Positions 28,101 through 42,514 of a stretch of 64,000 nucleotides of DNA are shown piece by piece. The stretch spans positions 92,008,001 through 92,072,000 of the forward strand of contig OX597819.1 in NCBI GenBank assembly GCA_951406725.2, given 5' to 3'. The first letter of the stretch is position 1. Each line of letters begins with the position of its first letter. The notes beneath the pieces were generated by a model. That model saw nothing but the letters and a program-made list of their open reading frames with translations, did no database searches and was not told where the DNA came from. Origin of the DNA: Octopus vulgaris (lineage: Eukaryota). The position numbers and the translations under genes are program-made.

Positions 28101-28879
28101 GCTCTAACCACTAGGCCATGTGCCTCCACGTATGCATGTATAGATAGAGAGATATTCGCTTTCACATAGCTTACGCCTGTTAGATTATATTATTCTGTAA
28201 TAATATTGTCCAACTTGCAACATCATGTGCTTTCGAAGCGAACAACTTTACCTATATTTTAACCATACACATACATATATAATACATAATAAATAGATGA
28301 TACACACCTTACTTTATAATACAATTCAATTTTTGTATTTTTCATTCAACCATCGCTAATTAGTCGAGGATATCTCTTACACACATGCGCGTATTGTTTC
28401 AAGCATTTTAGAAGATTGTCTTTTTCAAAAGCTTAGGTAAGTTAAATGAATCATTAGTCAGGCTATAAGTATGGTAGTAAATAGAATAACTTCACATTAT
28501 TTGTAGTAAATATTGTATGATGTATGTGTTGTGAAAAAAAAAAAAACTAAGGAAAAGGAAAATATGGCTACGGGAGTAGCCACTTCAATTGTGTAGCGGG
28601 TTATACCAGGAGATATTTCTGGAACCGTTTATATCGTTGCTTACAGATTAAACTTGCTTGCATGTAATATCTCATTGCCATAAAGAAAAAAAACACTTTA
28701 AAATATCTTCATCTATATCTAGAAGTTTTCAGCTATTCTTGACAAAATTCTTAGTTTTAAACCTACAGGTTGTTCTCGTAACCTAGAACTCGTAAGACTG
28801 GTTGTCAGGTTTCTATAATGTATAAGTGACTGAGATCCCAACATACCCTTCTAAAAGGGACGCCAGTCCGATACTGTGT

Positions 28880-29095
28880 TTAAGGCCAGCAGTTTTTGAT
28901 GGGAGATAACATGTCAATCTCATTGACACCAGTAGTTGACTGGCAACGAATTATTAGTTGGTACATTATTCCATCGATCACCAAGGGATGAAAGGAAAGT
29001 TGGTCTCGGCGGGATTTGAAGTAAGAACATAATGAGCTACAATAAACACCGCTAAGCATTTTGTTCGACGCGCTAATGATTCTTCCAGTCCGCTT
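28880..29095 (-). mobile_element. SINE family 2, diverged
   Basis: CCAAGGGATGAAAGGAAAGTTGGTCTCGGCGGGATTTGAA...CCGCTAAGCATTT is the reverse complement of the family-2 core. Confidence 0.65.
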
Positions 29096-30081
29096 CCATG
29101 AATTAATTAACATAACTTGGACTTATCAGGCATTCTAGACTGGTAGCCTAACTCATTGTTTAAATTTAAAGATTTTAATTTCAAGTTACACCTAACAGTT
29201 TCTGCGATTGTATTAAAGCCCCAATTCTTAAAGAATATATGGAGCTCTTTTCTTAATTCTATCAAAAGGTACTGCATTTAGTAAAAGTTACTAACCATTA
29301 TCTCAATATAATAAACCACGTCCGCTCCCTCAGCCAAATAGATTTTTTTCTATGCTGACATGAAAGGCACCTCTGGAATGATCCTTTTAATCCAGATTTA
29401 CTGCTCAATGATTATAATCATTGTCTTGACCAATAATATTACACTCAATTCATCGACCTCAATGTTAGAAATAGTACAATCTACAATTTTTTCTAGTTGA
29501 GCTTATCTAAAGGAATCATGACAATTTTCCCAATAAACCTGCTGCTATTTGTTTCTCTCATAGTCTATATAATTAAACAATCATTTAATGCGTACATATC
29601 ATAAAGCTGCCTCTTTCAAAAGAGAACAATTCTGTCTAAAATATTACTAATTGGTCCTATATAAAATATGATTGGATTAATCCGCTAACACATTTTCTAT
29701 TTAAATACGTCTTATGGTCTCTTAAAGTTAATTTTTCTATGATAAGAAATTAATTAGTTTCTAATTAGACGGTTGTATGTATCAGGATTAACAAGACAAA
29801 AATTCTGTTTTGGTACAATGAACGTATATATTATCACGCGTGTTTCGAAATTTTATCATTTAGTTTTTGCTGAAATGCATTCATATTTAGGAGTCTTTTT
29901 TCATAAGTGAGTAAAGGTCTTCCTCAGAGTCAGAACGTAATGAATTGGGTGGTGACGATTCATTAGATTTAAAAGCAAATTTCTCGTAAAAATTGATATC
30001 GCTTTGTTCTGGCCAAAGTAAAGTTCTCTATTACACACGTTATGAAGTATCCGTCGATTACATAAAAAGCAGTTGAAGGGT

Positions 30082-30101
30082 ATCTATCTATCCATCCATC
30101 C

Positions 30102-30190
<89 letters not shown>

Positions 30191-30191
30191 C

Positions 30192-30245
<54 letters not shown>
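30082..30245. repeat. (TATC)n microsatellite without LINE insertion
   Basis: Direct reading. Confidence 0.95.
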
Positions 30246-30246
<1 letters not shown>

Positions 30247-30799
30247 ACTATAAAGAACCTTCTTTAAATCAACCCAGCTTAATACGATAATGAATTTATA
30301 TATATAAACTACGCCTTAAAATATATGACAAGCGTGGTTTACAACTGTGGGAATGTCTTCAGTCATAAGTCTGATTAGTCAATGTAGGGTGAAATAACAA
30401 CAACAACAACAACAACATAAAAATTATACATAACGATTTTAGCTACAAGCGTTATTTCTACTTGAACCGCTATTTTACAGGTACACAATCAATACCGGTT
30501 GTCAAGCGGTATTTGTCTGATAAAACACTCACACACACACACATACACACAGATATAGGTATATATGTATATAGGTTTGTGTGTGTGTGTATGCTCATTA
30601 TTTCTTTTCCTTCGTGGATAAGTCGTCAAAACTTCAATTCAATGTCCGAATATGTACCTTTTACTAGTTTCTGTCGTTTGGGGCACTACCTTGAAAGATT
30701 TTAGTCGAAAGAATCGACCCTATTACTTTTTTCATTAAAGCCCTATATTTATTCTATTGCGCTAACTTGATTTTGATCTCAATATATTACTGGGAACTA

Positions 30800-31220
30800 A
30801 ATCGGCGAGCTGGCTGAATTGTTAGGGCGCCGGACAAAATGCTTAGCAGCATTTTCATCGTCTTTACGTTCTGAGTTCGAATGCTGCCGAGGTCGACTTT
30901 GCTTTTCATCCCTTTGGGATCGATAAAATAAATACCAGTTGAAAACGGGGGCCAGGCGATGTAATCGACTTATTCCCTACCCTGAAATTGTTGGCCCTCT
31001 GCCAAAATTTGAATCCAGTATATTACTGGGACCTAAATGATCATTCACCGCGGTTCGGAAAATCATAAAGAAGTCAACAAATTTTGGTGGGTGGGGGTAT
31101 TCTATTAAATCGATCCAAGTAAGTGACTAATAGTTTATCGACCCGGAAAATTAAATGTCAAAGTCGACCTCCACAAGATTTGATCTCAAATCACAAAGGA
31201 ACGTAATTTAATATCGCAAG
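30800..31220. mobile_element. SINE family 2: plus copy 30800-31020 and diverged minus copy ~31090-31220
   Basis: GGCGAGCTGGC...GTTCTGAGTTCGAAT...GAGGTCGACTTTGCTTTTCATCC; ATATTACTGGGA occurs at 30784 and 31020 (possible target-site duplication). Confidence 0.75.
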
Positions 31221-31633
31221 ACATTCAGTAGGTCAGTTCAGCGTTTATTATTAATGACTTCAACAACAAGAACAATAACAACATAAAATTTTGAAATATG
31301 GCAACGTAAATCAAAAGGAACAAAGCAATAGTGATCGTTAAAAAGAAAACTTAATAAACACAAAGAACAATACAGAAGGAAAGAGCAGAATTTCAGTCGA
31401 TATATAACACACTAATACATACATACATATATACATACATACATACATACATACATACATACATACATACATACATACACATACATATACATACATATAC
31501 ATACATACATATATATATAGCGAGAGAGAGAGAGAGAGAGATGTATATATATATATATATTTATATGTATATATATATCTATCTTTATCTATATATATAT
31601 AAATTCATATGTGTGTGTGTGTGTACACACACA

Positions 31634-31683
<50 letters not shown>

Positions 31684-31708
31684 CAAACATATATATACAT
31701 CCTTATAG

Positions 31709-31778
<70 letters not shown>

Positions 31779-32237
31779 GAACACACATACATGTATTATG
31801 CACATTTATGAAGACTCACACACATACACATATATAGATATAGATAAATGCATACATACCCATAGATGAAAGCGTACAAATGAAGAGGCTTACATATACA
31901 CATTTTTCATTCAGAGATACGTACACATTACACGTACATGCTCAGACACACACACAATTACATGTAAATATAGGCAAGGATATACTACTGTTCACAGACC
32001 TATTGCATCAGACGCAAACACATGAACACACGCACAAACGCACCCAGACTAACAAACGCATTCACGTACATACCGAGACAGAAGTACCCGCACTTTCATA
32101 CACGTGTACACTAGTATCTTCACATTTACATCTTGCACCACCCATAGTTTACACTGAAATATATGCAAATACTCTGTTGGTTTAAAGTGCAATGCATCCT
32201 CTCAAGCACATATACAGACACAAACACAGTCATACAG

Positions 32238-32480
32238 TTGTGCGTGGCTTAATGGTTAGGGTGTTGGACTCATGATCGTAAGATTGTGGTTTCGATTCCT
32301 GGACCAGGCGACGCGTTGTGTACTTGAGCAAAACATTTCATTTCACGTTCACTCAGCTGGCAAAAATGGGTACTCCTGCGACGGACCGGCGTCCCGTCCA
32401 GGTAGGGAATATATTCACCATGGGAACCGGGAAAATGACCATTATGAGCTAGCATGACTCGAGAGAGGAACTTGACCGTT
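32238..32480 (+). mobile_element. tRNA-derived SINE family 4
   Basis: A-box TGGCTTAATGGTTAGG, B-box GTTTCGATTCC, core TTGTGTACTTGAGCAAAACA, CTGCGACGGACCGGCGTCCCGTCCAGG. Confidence 0.8.
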
Positions 32481-32569
32481 TGTTTTACACATAAAACGCA
32501 AAAGCTTGCACATTTTCTATCACACGCATGCGTACACTGGGGCCTTGATAACAGCACAGACATATTGAA

Positions 32570-33050
32570 ACAGGTTCAGGTATGGATGTGTGGTTAAGAA
32601 GATCGTATTGCAGCCAAGTGATTTCAAATTCAGTTCCACAGCGCGGCACCTTGGGCAAGTGCCTCCTATTATGGCCCTCGGCCGACCAGTGCCCTATGAG
32701 TAAATTTAGTATACGGAATCTATGTAGATGCCAGTCGTATATATGTGAATGTGCCTGTGTGTGTGTATAAGAGTGTGTTCTTGTATGTGTGTGTTTGTGT
32801 ATGAGTGTGTTTGTGCATGTATGTGTGTGTGTGTTTGTGTATGTGCACCTGTGTTTGTGGGTGTCCCCACACCACAGCTTGATAACGGTATGGGCTTGTT
32901 TACGTCCCTGTAACATAGCGGTTCGGCAAGACAGACTGATAGAATAAACTCCATACTTTAAAAAAAATAAGTACTGGTGTGAATTTATTCGATTAAATCT
33001 TTCGAATCATTGCTCCAGCATGGCAGCAGTTCAATTTGTGAAACAAATTG
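32570..33050 (+). mobile_element. SINE family 1, full bipartite copy with internal (TG)n
   Basis: Head 32570-32740, microsatellite, 3' module 32850-33050. Confidence 0.75.
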
Positions 33051-33594
33051 AAGTTAAAATATATGTCAGCACACTACATCAAAGAAAACGCACACATGTG
33101 CGTGCGTACACAAACACACACACACGCATACGCACGCACACTTGCACACGCACGCACACACACATGCATGCACACACACAGAGATATGTAGATACACAAT
33201 GATACCCAGACCCATCTATATATTCATTCGTTCTATAAGCGTTTTCCTAAGCACGAAACCACACTGTAATATTTTCAATCAAATTCATAACATGTTTTTA
33301 CGTACGACAAGGTGCTGAAAACATCCTGGATTTAAGGACGTCGCGAAAGGCCTGGATTGAGACCCAACCCTCTGAGTTCTTTTACAGGGCTTAGAAAAAC
33401 TGAAGGACTGTTGAAATGCGTGTGTGAATCAGAGGGGAATATCTGTATATATATAAAAGACAGGATGTGTGTGTGCGTGAGAGAGAGAGTATGCATGTGT
33501 ACGTGAATGTATTTTATCCACGTCCACAAATTAGCACGTATGTCGCTCCAATTTTAGGAGGACATTCATCACGACCCTAGCTGTATTTCCGTGT

Positions 33595-33795
33595 GTTTGT
33601 GTGTCTGTGTTTGCCACGCTCCCCAATATCACTTGACAACCGAAGCTGGTGTGTTTACTCCCTGTAACTTACCGGTTCGGCAAAAGAGACCGATAGAATA
33701 AGCTTACAAAGAATAAGTTCTGGGATCGATTTGCCCCCGACTAAAGGCGGTGCTCCAGCATAGCCGCAGTCAAATGACTGAAACAAGTAAAAGAG
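33595..33795 (+). mobile_element. SINE family 1 3' module
   Basis: CTTGACAACCGA...GGTTCGGCAAAAGAGACCGATAGAATAAG...GACTGAAACAAGTAAAAG. Confidence 0.8.
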
Positions 33796-33834
33796 TATAT
33801 ATATATATATATATATATATATACAACGACCTCG

Positions 33835-34049
33835 AACTCACAAGTGTAAACAAGAGAGACAGAGAAAGGCAGAAACAAGGAAAATGCCACTTATATTTGA
33901 ACACTATGCAAATATTCTTTTTAAAAAAACCTTTCTTTTAATTTTTCTAAATTTAATTATTTAATCGTTACAGTCGAAAAGGTCTCAAAATGACTGAAAT
34001 GTTCTTTATAAAATTATTTTAGCATTTTCTATCTTGACTTGTTTTTTCA

Positions 34050-34050
<1 letters not shown>
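33835..34050 (+). mobile_element. PLE pLTR-like repeat (copy 1; copy 2 at 36790-37012)
   Basis: GTAAACAAGAGAGAC.GAAA.GGCAGAA.CAAGGAAAATGCC is shared between copies; both end in (TA)n. Confidence 0.55.
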
Positions 34051-34089
<39 letters not shown>

Positions 34090-34291
34090 CATAAACACAC
34101 ACTCACACAAACATATATATACACACACGAATATATATATATATATATATAAAATACAAAATGGGACAAGAACGCAAAGCATCCGGACAACAAGGTGATA
34201 CAAAAAGGGACAACAAAACATCCAGAGAGACGATACAAGAAGACAAGGACGGGTCATTCGAAGCTTTCTATCCTCAGTCAAGAACCGGATC

Positions 34292-34367
<76 letters not shown>

Positions 34368-34530
34368 ATATCAATGGTGTATTTTTTAAATCGGGCATTC
34401 TGTGTTTTCTTTGCAGATAGGCTCAGTTGTGGGGACACAAATCAATATTGGTTGTCAAGCTGTGTGCGTGTGATAAAACACAAAGACAAATGTGCGTGGC
34501 AAAACAACGTCTTTAAAATTGTGCATAATG

Positions 34531-34567
<37 letters not shown>

Positions 34568-35209
34568 TGCATTAAGTTATCACAATATTCCAGTGCTTCA
34601 CATTTCAATGATTAGCAGACGTATAGAGTCTTAGGTGTGATGTACAGAAATTGAATATTGAGAAAAAACATGTCGTCAGAATGAACAGGCTGTTTGTACA
34701 TTCACAAAATCTTTTTGACAAGTTCGAGAAAGGAACGAAAGCGCTATTAATAATGATGAAATAAAAAAGATTTTTTCCCCAAATTCTGACGACTTTTTTC
34801 TCAATATATATATATATATATATTAGAAGGTTTGGAGATGATGTACAGGTATTAAATATTAGTAGAAATGAGGTACTCAGAAATCCGGATGGCTTTATAT
34901 TTACAGATATTTATTTGTATGTTACATGTTTTTATACATCATATATCATATATCATATATATATATATAATAGCACTTTCGTCCATTCTAGTGGAGTCTT
35001 CAAATGGAACAGTTCATTGCTATATATATATATATATATATACATATACACATACGTGTATGTGTATATATGTGAGTGTGTTTGTGTGTGCGTACGCGTG
35101 TACTCTTTAATTCTTACCTTCAGGGATTAGTCATCAAAAGTTTCAATTTAACGTCTATATCTCTCTTTCCCTCCCTCTCTCCTTCTCTCTCTCTCCTATC
35201 TTTATCTTT

Positions 35210-35368
35210 TACTAGTTTTAGTCATTATACTATGACCATGTTGGAGCACTGCTTTGAAGGATTTTAGTCAAACAAATCGACCCCAGGAATATTTTCTTCA
35301 AAGCCTTATGCTTACTATATTAGTCTCTTTTACCGAGAAAATGCGGCGATGGAGGACACAGACGCAAA

Positions 35369-35454
<86 letters not shown>

Positions 35455-35630
35455 CACACACACACACACAGATATATATATACATGGATGACTTCTTTTA
35501 ATTTCCGTCTACCAAACCCACTCACAAGGCTCTGGTAAACCCTAGGTTATAGTAGAATGCATTTGCTCAAGATGCCAAGCAATGGGATTGAACCTGGAAC
35601 CATGTGATTGGGAAGGACACATTTTACCAT
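35210..35630 (-). mobile_element. SINE family 1 bipartite copy with internal (CA)n
   Basis: 3' module 35210-35345, head 35480-35630. Confidence 0.7.
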
Positions 35631-35677
35631 ACACCCCCCTCCACACGCACTCACACGCACACACATACATACATACT

Positions 35678-35781
<104 letters not shown>

Positions 35782-36637
35782 CACACACACACACACAAAC
35801 ATAAGAAGGGATTTCGCTCTGACTACTAATCTACAAAGTATTTGTCGGCTTGGGGCTGTAGTAGAAGCCATTTTCTCACTGTACGCGCGGTGGGGTGGAA
35901 CCCGAAAGTGGTTGCGAAGCGAAATACTTAACCACGCATATAATTACAAAATAAGCACGATTAACTGAGAGACACCCTGTGTGTGTGTGTGTATGTATGC
36001 GTGAGAAAGAGAGAGTGAGAGAGAGGAGAGAGAAGGAGAGGGAAAGTGGGAGAGAGGGAAAGAGGGAGAAAAGGAGAAAGAGGGACCGAGCGAAAGAGCG
36101 GGAGCGAGGGAGAAATAAATGGAAAACAAAGTAGTTTCATAGAAAAAAAAAAAACTCTTTTTTTTCTCTGAAAAATATTGTTTGGAACCCGTGATACAAT
36201 TTTTTTGGTCATTTCTGCATTATAGTGATAAACCTGTCTCAAAAGATATGAATTTATTTAATGGTCGTTATGAATCTATCGTAAACGAACATATAGTTTG
36301 TTGGCATCGTTACGATTATCTTACCATTGTCAAAATTCTGCTGTATTGAGCAAACATTGTCTCCTCTCACTTCGATCTATGATGAGTTATACTTGTTGCT
36401 TAGGCGCAAGTTTGCTATAAGTCAAGTAGACCTATAACGAAACGTGTTCCAGCTGCGTCCATCCGTACATAGCATCAAGTGTTATACTATACACAGAGCT
36501 ATTTCGGTTTTTGAAATGATAAGGTGTATTTTGAGGGAGAATTGGATGCTATTTGTAGACTACAGAGCAAATATTTAGAAAGTCCTTTATTGAATCATAC
36601 TGAACTGCCCATTCTTGTCATTGGCAAGCATAAATAA

Positions 36638-36784
<147 letters not shown>

Positions 36785-36789
36785 CATAC

Positions 36790-37012
36790 ACCCACAAGAG
36801 TAAACAAGAGAGACCGAAACAGGCAGAATCAAGGAAAATGCCGCCTGAATTTCAATACTATGCAAATATTCTTTTAAAATAGTTTTCATTTAATTTTTCC
36901 AAAATTTAATTGTTTTCCATATTTACAGTTGAAAAGTTTTCAATGACTGAAACCGGTACTAAAATGTTTTTTATAAAATTATATTAGCATTTTCTACCTT
37001 GACTTTTTTCCA
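36790..37012 (+). mobile_element. PLE pLTR-like repeat with degenerate hammerhead (~36922-36965)
   Basis: TTACAG-TTGAAAA-GTT(TTCAAT)GAC-T-GAAA-CCGG-TA-CTAAAA; palindromic CCGG stem III. Confidence 0.5.
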
Positions 37013-37051
37013 TATATATATATATATATATATATATAGGACCCTCGTCGT

Positions 37052-37090
<39 letters not shown>

Positions 37091-37093
<3 letters not shown>

Positions 37094-37399
37094 ACGATGA
37101 GGGTCCCAGCTGATACGATCAACTTAACAGCTTGCTCGTGAATGCCTTACCGTGCAAGTGGCTGACCACGCCACAGATACGTGTATCCTTAACATAGTTT
37201 TCAGGGAGATTCAGCGTGACACATTGTGAAAATGCTGGCCTTCGAAATACAGGCACCACTCATTTTTGCCAACTGAGTGGATTGGAGCAACGTCAAATAA
37301 AATGTCTTGCTCAAGGACAAATCTCGTCGCCGGGAATTGAACTCATGATCTTACGATCGTGAGCCGAATGCCTTAACCACTAAGCCACGTGCCTTCACG

Positions 37400-37400
<1 letters not shown>
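37091..37400 (-). mobile_element. SINE with a family-4-like head and family-3-like tail
   Basis: Head GTGGCTTAGTGGTTAAGG...GAGTTCAATTCCCGG and core TCCACTCAGTTGGCAAAAATGAGT; tail GTGTCACGCTGAATCTCCCTGA shared with family 3. Confidence 0.75.
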
Positions 37401-37456
<56 letters not shown>

Positions 37457-37459
37457 CTA

Positions 37460-37503
<44 letters not shown>

Positions 37504-37882
37504 AGAGGGGAATATGTATGTACAGACAAAAATAATAAGGTTTCGAAAAACTTGTTTAGTGATGGGATTTATGTACAGTGATGTAATCGTGAAGTGAAAT
37601 ATGTAAAAAGATAAAAGTTGGTTATGCGTGCGTATTAAAACGTGCCCTGCATTATTCTATGAAAAAAGTTTCTTTATTTAAACGTTCTTGTGGAGAGATT
37701 GTGTCTTTGCACTGGTAGTGAAACATTGTTTATGATTAATCTATATTTTTGCTACTTTTCATTTGTCTTGCTCGCTTACGTTTCTGGTGTTTACTAAATT
37801 TTCTAGAGAACAATTCTTAGTGGTAAGACCTTGGCGGATCTTCTTCTAGCATAAGAGTTTCCACATAGTGGTAATTCCCTCT

Positions 37883-37914
<32 letters not shown>

Positions 37915-37959
37915 TGTATGTATATATATATATATATATACTCGATAACATAAGGGACT

Positions 37960-38129
37960 AAAGACGGGTTTCTTTCAGTTTCCGTCTACTAAATCTTTTC
38001 ACAAAGCTTTGATCGGCCCGAAGCTATAGAAGACACTTTCCTAAGGTGCCACGCTGTGAGACTGAACGCGGAACCACGTGATTGGGAAGCAAGCTCCTTA
38101 CCCCACAGGCATCTTTATATATAATATAT

Positions 38130-38191
<62 letters not shown>

Positions 38192-38620
38192 GCGTGTGTC
38201 TTTCTATATGTGTATTTCTGCTCCCTCCACTTCTTGACAAAAGGTGTTGTGTTTACGTCCCCATAAACTAGCGGTTCGGCAACAAGAGACCGATAGAATA
38301 AGTACTGGGCTTTTAAAACAAGTACTGGGGTCGATTCATTCGACTGAAAATTCATGGCGGTGCCCCAGCATGGCTGCAGTCTAATGACTGAAACAAGTAA
38401 AAGATAAAAAATACGTATGACATTGTAAAGGCAGTAGATCGGCAGTATTGTTAGCGCATCGAACGAAATGCTTTGCACAGTTTTTTCCGGTTCTTTACTC
38501 TTCATGAGTTCAGGTCCAACTGAGGTCAAGTCGCATTTCATCCCTCCGGAATCAATAAAATGAAGTAGGGGTCGATAATATCGATTGCTCTATTTCCTCC
38601 TTCCAATTGTAGGCCCTTGC
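37960..38620. mobile_element. SINE family 1 head (minus), family 1 3' module (plus), diverged family 2 (plus)
   Basis: 37960-38110, 38205-38405 and 38430-38620 match the family motifs. Confidence 0.7.
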
Positions 38621-38654
38621 ACTTATGTCAGAAATAACTACTACAACAACAACA

Positions 38655-38706
<52 letters not shown>

Positions 38707-38749
38707 GAAGCATTAATATTAGTAGCAATAGTCATTGTAATAATGCTAT

Positions 38750-39208
<459 letters not shown>

Positions 39209-39760
39209 GAGTGAGAGAGCAGTTCATGCCATCAAAGTGACACTGGGGTAAAATATACGAAGCCCAATATACCCATCATGACTACCCGTCTGATAAAGGT
39301 ACACCAGGCACATGCATCACAACCATATGTGCGCGACATGGTGATCTCATATCAAGATAAACAGCACATGACCTTGCAGGTGGGGCCCAGTTAGAATTTT
39401 CTTCATTTTGAGTAGCCCATCCTGCTCAAACGGTCCCTGAATAAGGGTTGTTTAAGGATGTTGAAAGAACCACCCATGTTTCCAGAGGTGAACTATTCAA
39501 ACCCCAAAGAATCCCTCTCAACACATGGCTATGATGCTCCCACTACTTCTGCTCGTGATCAGAGATGCACATATCGTCAGCCACTAAGGGACATGCTCAA
39601 CTGGTTAAGGTCAAACAACTGACAAGCAAATCTGTGGTATTGAGCAGAATATTTGCTGTAGCCCATCTTTTATACCAAGACAAAACAATGTACATGATAA
39701 CACTTCCAATCAGTTAAGATCAGAAGCCATGAGAGCCACTGCCTGGTACTGCATCAGGGC

Positions 39761-39762
<2 letters not shown>
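39209..39762. mobile_element. ~550-bp non-coding element inside (ATT)n, copy 1
   Basis: Collinear with 42515-43031; both bounded by (ATT)n; same right end GCATCAGGGCATTTATT. Confidence 0.8.
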
Positions 39763-39796
<34 letters not shown>

Positions 39797-39821
39797 TACT
39801 ACTATTATTATTATCATTATC

Positions 39822-42218
39822 AAGTTATGAGAAAGGTGAATAACAACCGCTGACATTTGGGAGGTGATGAGTGATTATACAAATCGCAGGTCACCCGGTT
39901 TGGATGGACTGCCCTACGAATTCTGTGTATTCATGCCAGATTTGTTTGGCGACCTCTTGGCAGACGTCAACTTCAACTAGCAACAGAACGGGAAAATTCC
40001 TAGTTGTTTTAGCAGAGGTGCGGTGACACTGCTGAAGAAGGATGCTGACAATGGGGAAGTACTAGAGAATTCTCAGTCCATAACTCTGCTAAACACAGAG
40101 TTCAAGATTTTGCTCAGGTGTTAGCGAAATGGTTGGCAATTGTCGGTAGCCTGGTTGGAGAAGAGTAACCGTGCGCAATCCCGAGCAGGTCAATCCACGA
40201 CAACCTCCACCTTATGGGATACATCATAGAGAGGGTTGGGACCACAGCTGGCTTCGGGGGTGCTCTGATCAATTTGGATCAATCAAAAGCATTCGATAGG
40301 GTCGACCATCGCTACTTGGAAGCCACTTTGAAAACAGGCGGTTTCGGACTCGTTTTCCGAGGCTAGATCGCTGTAATGCACAGCGGCACCTGTTCAGTAG
40401 TCAAAGTAAACGGCCACTTATCGCAGCCGTTTGGCATCGCACGCTCGCTCCATCAGGGCTGCCCGTTGTCGCCTCTTCTATACGTATTGGCATTCGAACC
40501 ATTGTTACGGAAGATGGAAAAGCTAAGAGGCATCCCTTTCGAACTGGGACAAAGAAGGGCAGTGTCAGCATATATGGATGATGTCACCATCATGGTGTCG
40601 GACGCTTCCGAAGTGAAGTCGAGGCTAAAATCAACGCCGACAAATCGGTTGGTTTGCGGTTGGGCTCCCGGAAAGGCAGGACGATGCCCATTGGTTGGCG
40701 TCGTCGGATGCTGGACCGCCGGACCAGTTAAAGTGCTCGGGGTCTGAATTGGTCCCAACCGCTAGGTTGATAAAAACCGGGACGGGGTGGTGAACAGGGT
40801 GGCCAGTCGTACCCAAAAATGAGCTGAAAGAAAGTTGTCCTTGAAAGGTCGGACAGAGGTGGCGAATGCTTACATCGGCTCCATTATCATTTATCACTTG
40901 ATCATCGTGTCTTGTCCCGGTTACTGCTTGACCAGGTTGGCCCGTCTCTTATCTAAATTCTTGTGGAAGGGACGCGTTCCAATGGTCAGGTGGTCAGTCA
41001 TTTGCCAGCATCCTATGAGTGGTGGATTAGGTATACTGTGGCTCCTAATGCACAGACACGCGCTTAGGCTACGCCACCTGCAAAGATTTCTGGACGCTGA
41101 GCGTGTGTGGGCTCCGTTTGTGAGGCTCATCTTTCTGCAGCTCGTCTCCTCGATGGAACTGCTGTCCTGGGTGAATAAAAGATCGAGACTGGGTGCCTGG
41201 CACATAGAAACCGTCAGGTGCTCACAACTCTCAATCAGTCGGGCAAAGGGATCTATGGATGTTCCACTTTAGAAATTTATAGAGGGTTAGTGCGAAAATG
41301 TTCTAGGGGAAACTCTGGGCGCCGACGAGAACGAACTGGCTAGTTTCTTCCGGAGGACTTTCCGGTCGGGTCCTATCATCGATAATTTTCAGATGTCCTT
41401 GCCCTGGCAATATTACTAGATGGGGGCGCTACTGGTTCGATATAAACTCTGCAGGTACGGACGTGCTGTCAGACGGACCTCTCCGAGGTGCCCACAGAGT
41501 GACAAAACCGTTATGCACGCCCCCGTTCAGTGTTCGGGCATTGCTGATTTGTGGGGTTATGTTGAATAACTGCTGTCACATGCAGGGCGGATCCGTTTGT
41601 CGGCTGAGTCTGTAGTAATGATTGCTTCGCCGCCTTCCTTCAATCGGGCAGGCAAGGCAGGTTGTTTGGTGGACAAGGCTGAACGGCATGAGAACAAATG
41701 CATTCCTCTTTGGTAGAGCTCTGATTGACCTTTTCAAGTTTCACTTGAAAAGGAAATTGAGAGTGGAGAGGTAAGTGCTTTCCTCAAGTGAGTTTATTGG
41801 TAAGAGGGTGAAAGTTGTGAAAATGGCAAGAGTGGATGGTACCTCTCTAAGTGTAGACCTGTGAGTCGAAGAGAAAGAATTGGAGAGGGCACTTCCTCCT
41901 AAGGTTGCTGGGAAATCTTGGACATTAAAGTTCCTCGATTATCCCTAGAGGCGTTCTTGTATCATCCTGCCCACCCTTTTTTTTTTACCTTTGTATGCTA
42001 TACATATGTCCCTTCTTTTCCAGTGTATACCGTGTATGCTTTATTTAAAAAAAAAGTATTTATTGTTTTTTATTATTTTTAATTTTTTTATTTTTAAAAT
42101 TATTTTTATTACTTTTTTAATTATCACTTCACTGCTATATGCAAACTACCACACATTATGTCTGTCTCTGTATTGTCCCACCCTCATCCTTCACTCCTGT
42201 GGCAAATAAATGAAATCA
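39822..42218 (+). mobile_element. Older Tx1/L1-clade LINE (decayed ORF2) inside (ATT)n
   Basis: SPGLDGLPYEF, LDQSKAFDRVDHRYLEA, HQGCPLSPLLY, YMDD, LSLKGRTEVANAYI; many stops and frameshifts; 3' end TGTGGCAAATAAATGAAATCA|TTATTATTA. Confidence 0.9.
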
Positions 42219-42233
42219 TTATTATTATTATTA

Positions 42234-42442
42234 AGGCGGCGAGCTGGCAAAGTTGTTTGCACATCGGGTTGCTTAGCGGCATTTTGTCTGTCTTTACGTT
42301 CTGAGTTCAAATTCCGCCGAGGTCGATTTTGCCTTTCATCCTTTCGGGGTCGATAAATTAAGCACCAGTTGCGTACTGGGGTGGATCTAACTGACACTGG
42401 CCCCCTCCCCCAAAATTTCAGACCTTGTGCCCAGAGTAGACA
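42234..42442 (+). mobile_element. SINE family 2
   Basis: AGGCGGCGAGCTGGC...GAGTTCAAATTCC...GCCTTTCATCCTTTCGGGGTCGATAAA; tail into (ATT)n. Confidence 0.8.
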
Positions 42443-42444
42443 AG

Positions 42445-42512
<68 letters not shown>

Positions 42513-42514
42513 CA

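Noticed and set aside
34150-34295. Minus-strand CTGAGGA followed by a pyrimidine-rich pLTR-like tail
   Set aside because: No complementary stem I and no correctly placed GAAA; at most a truncated remnant.
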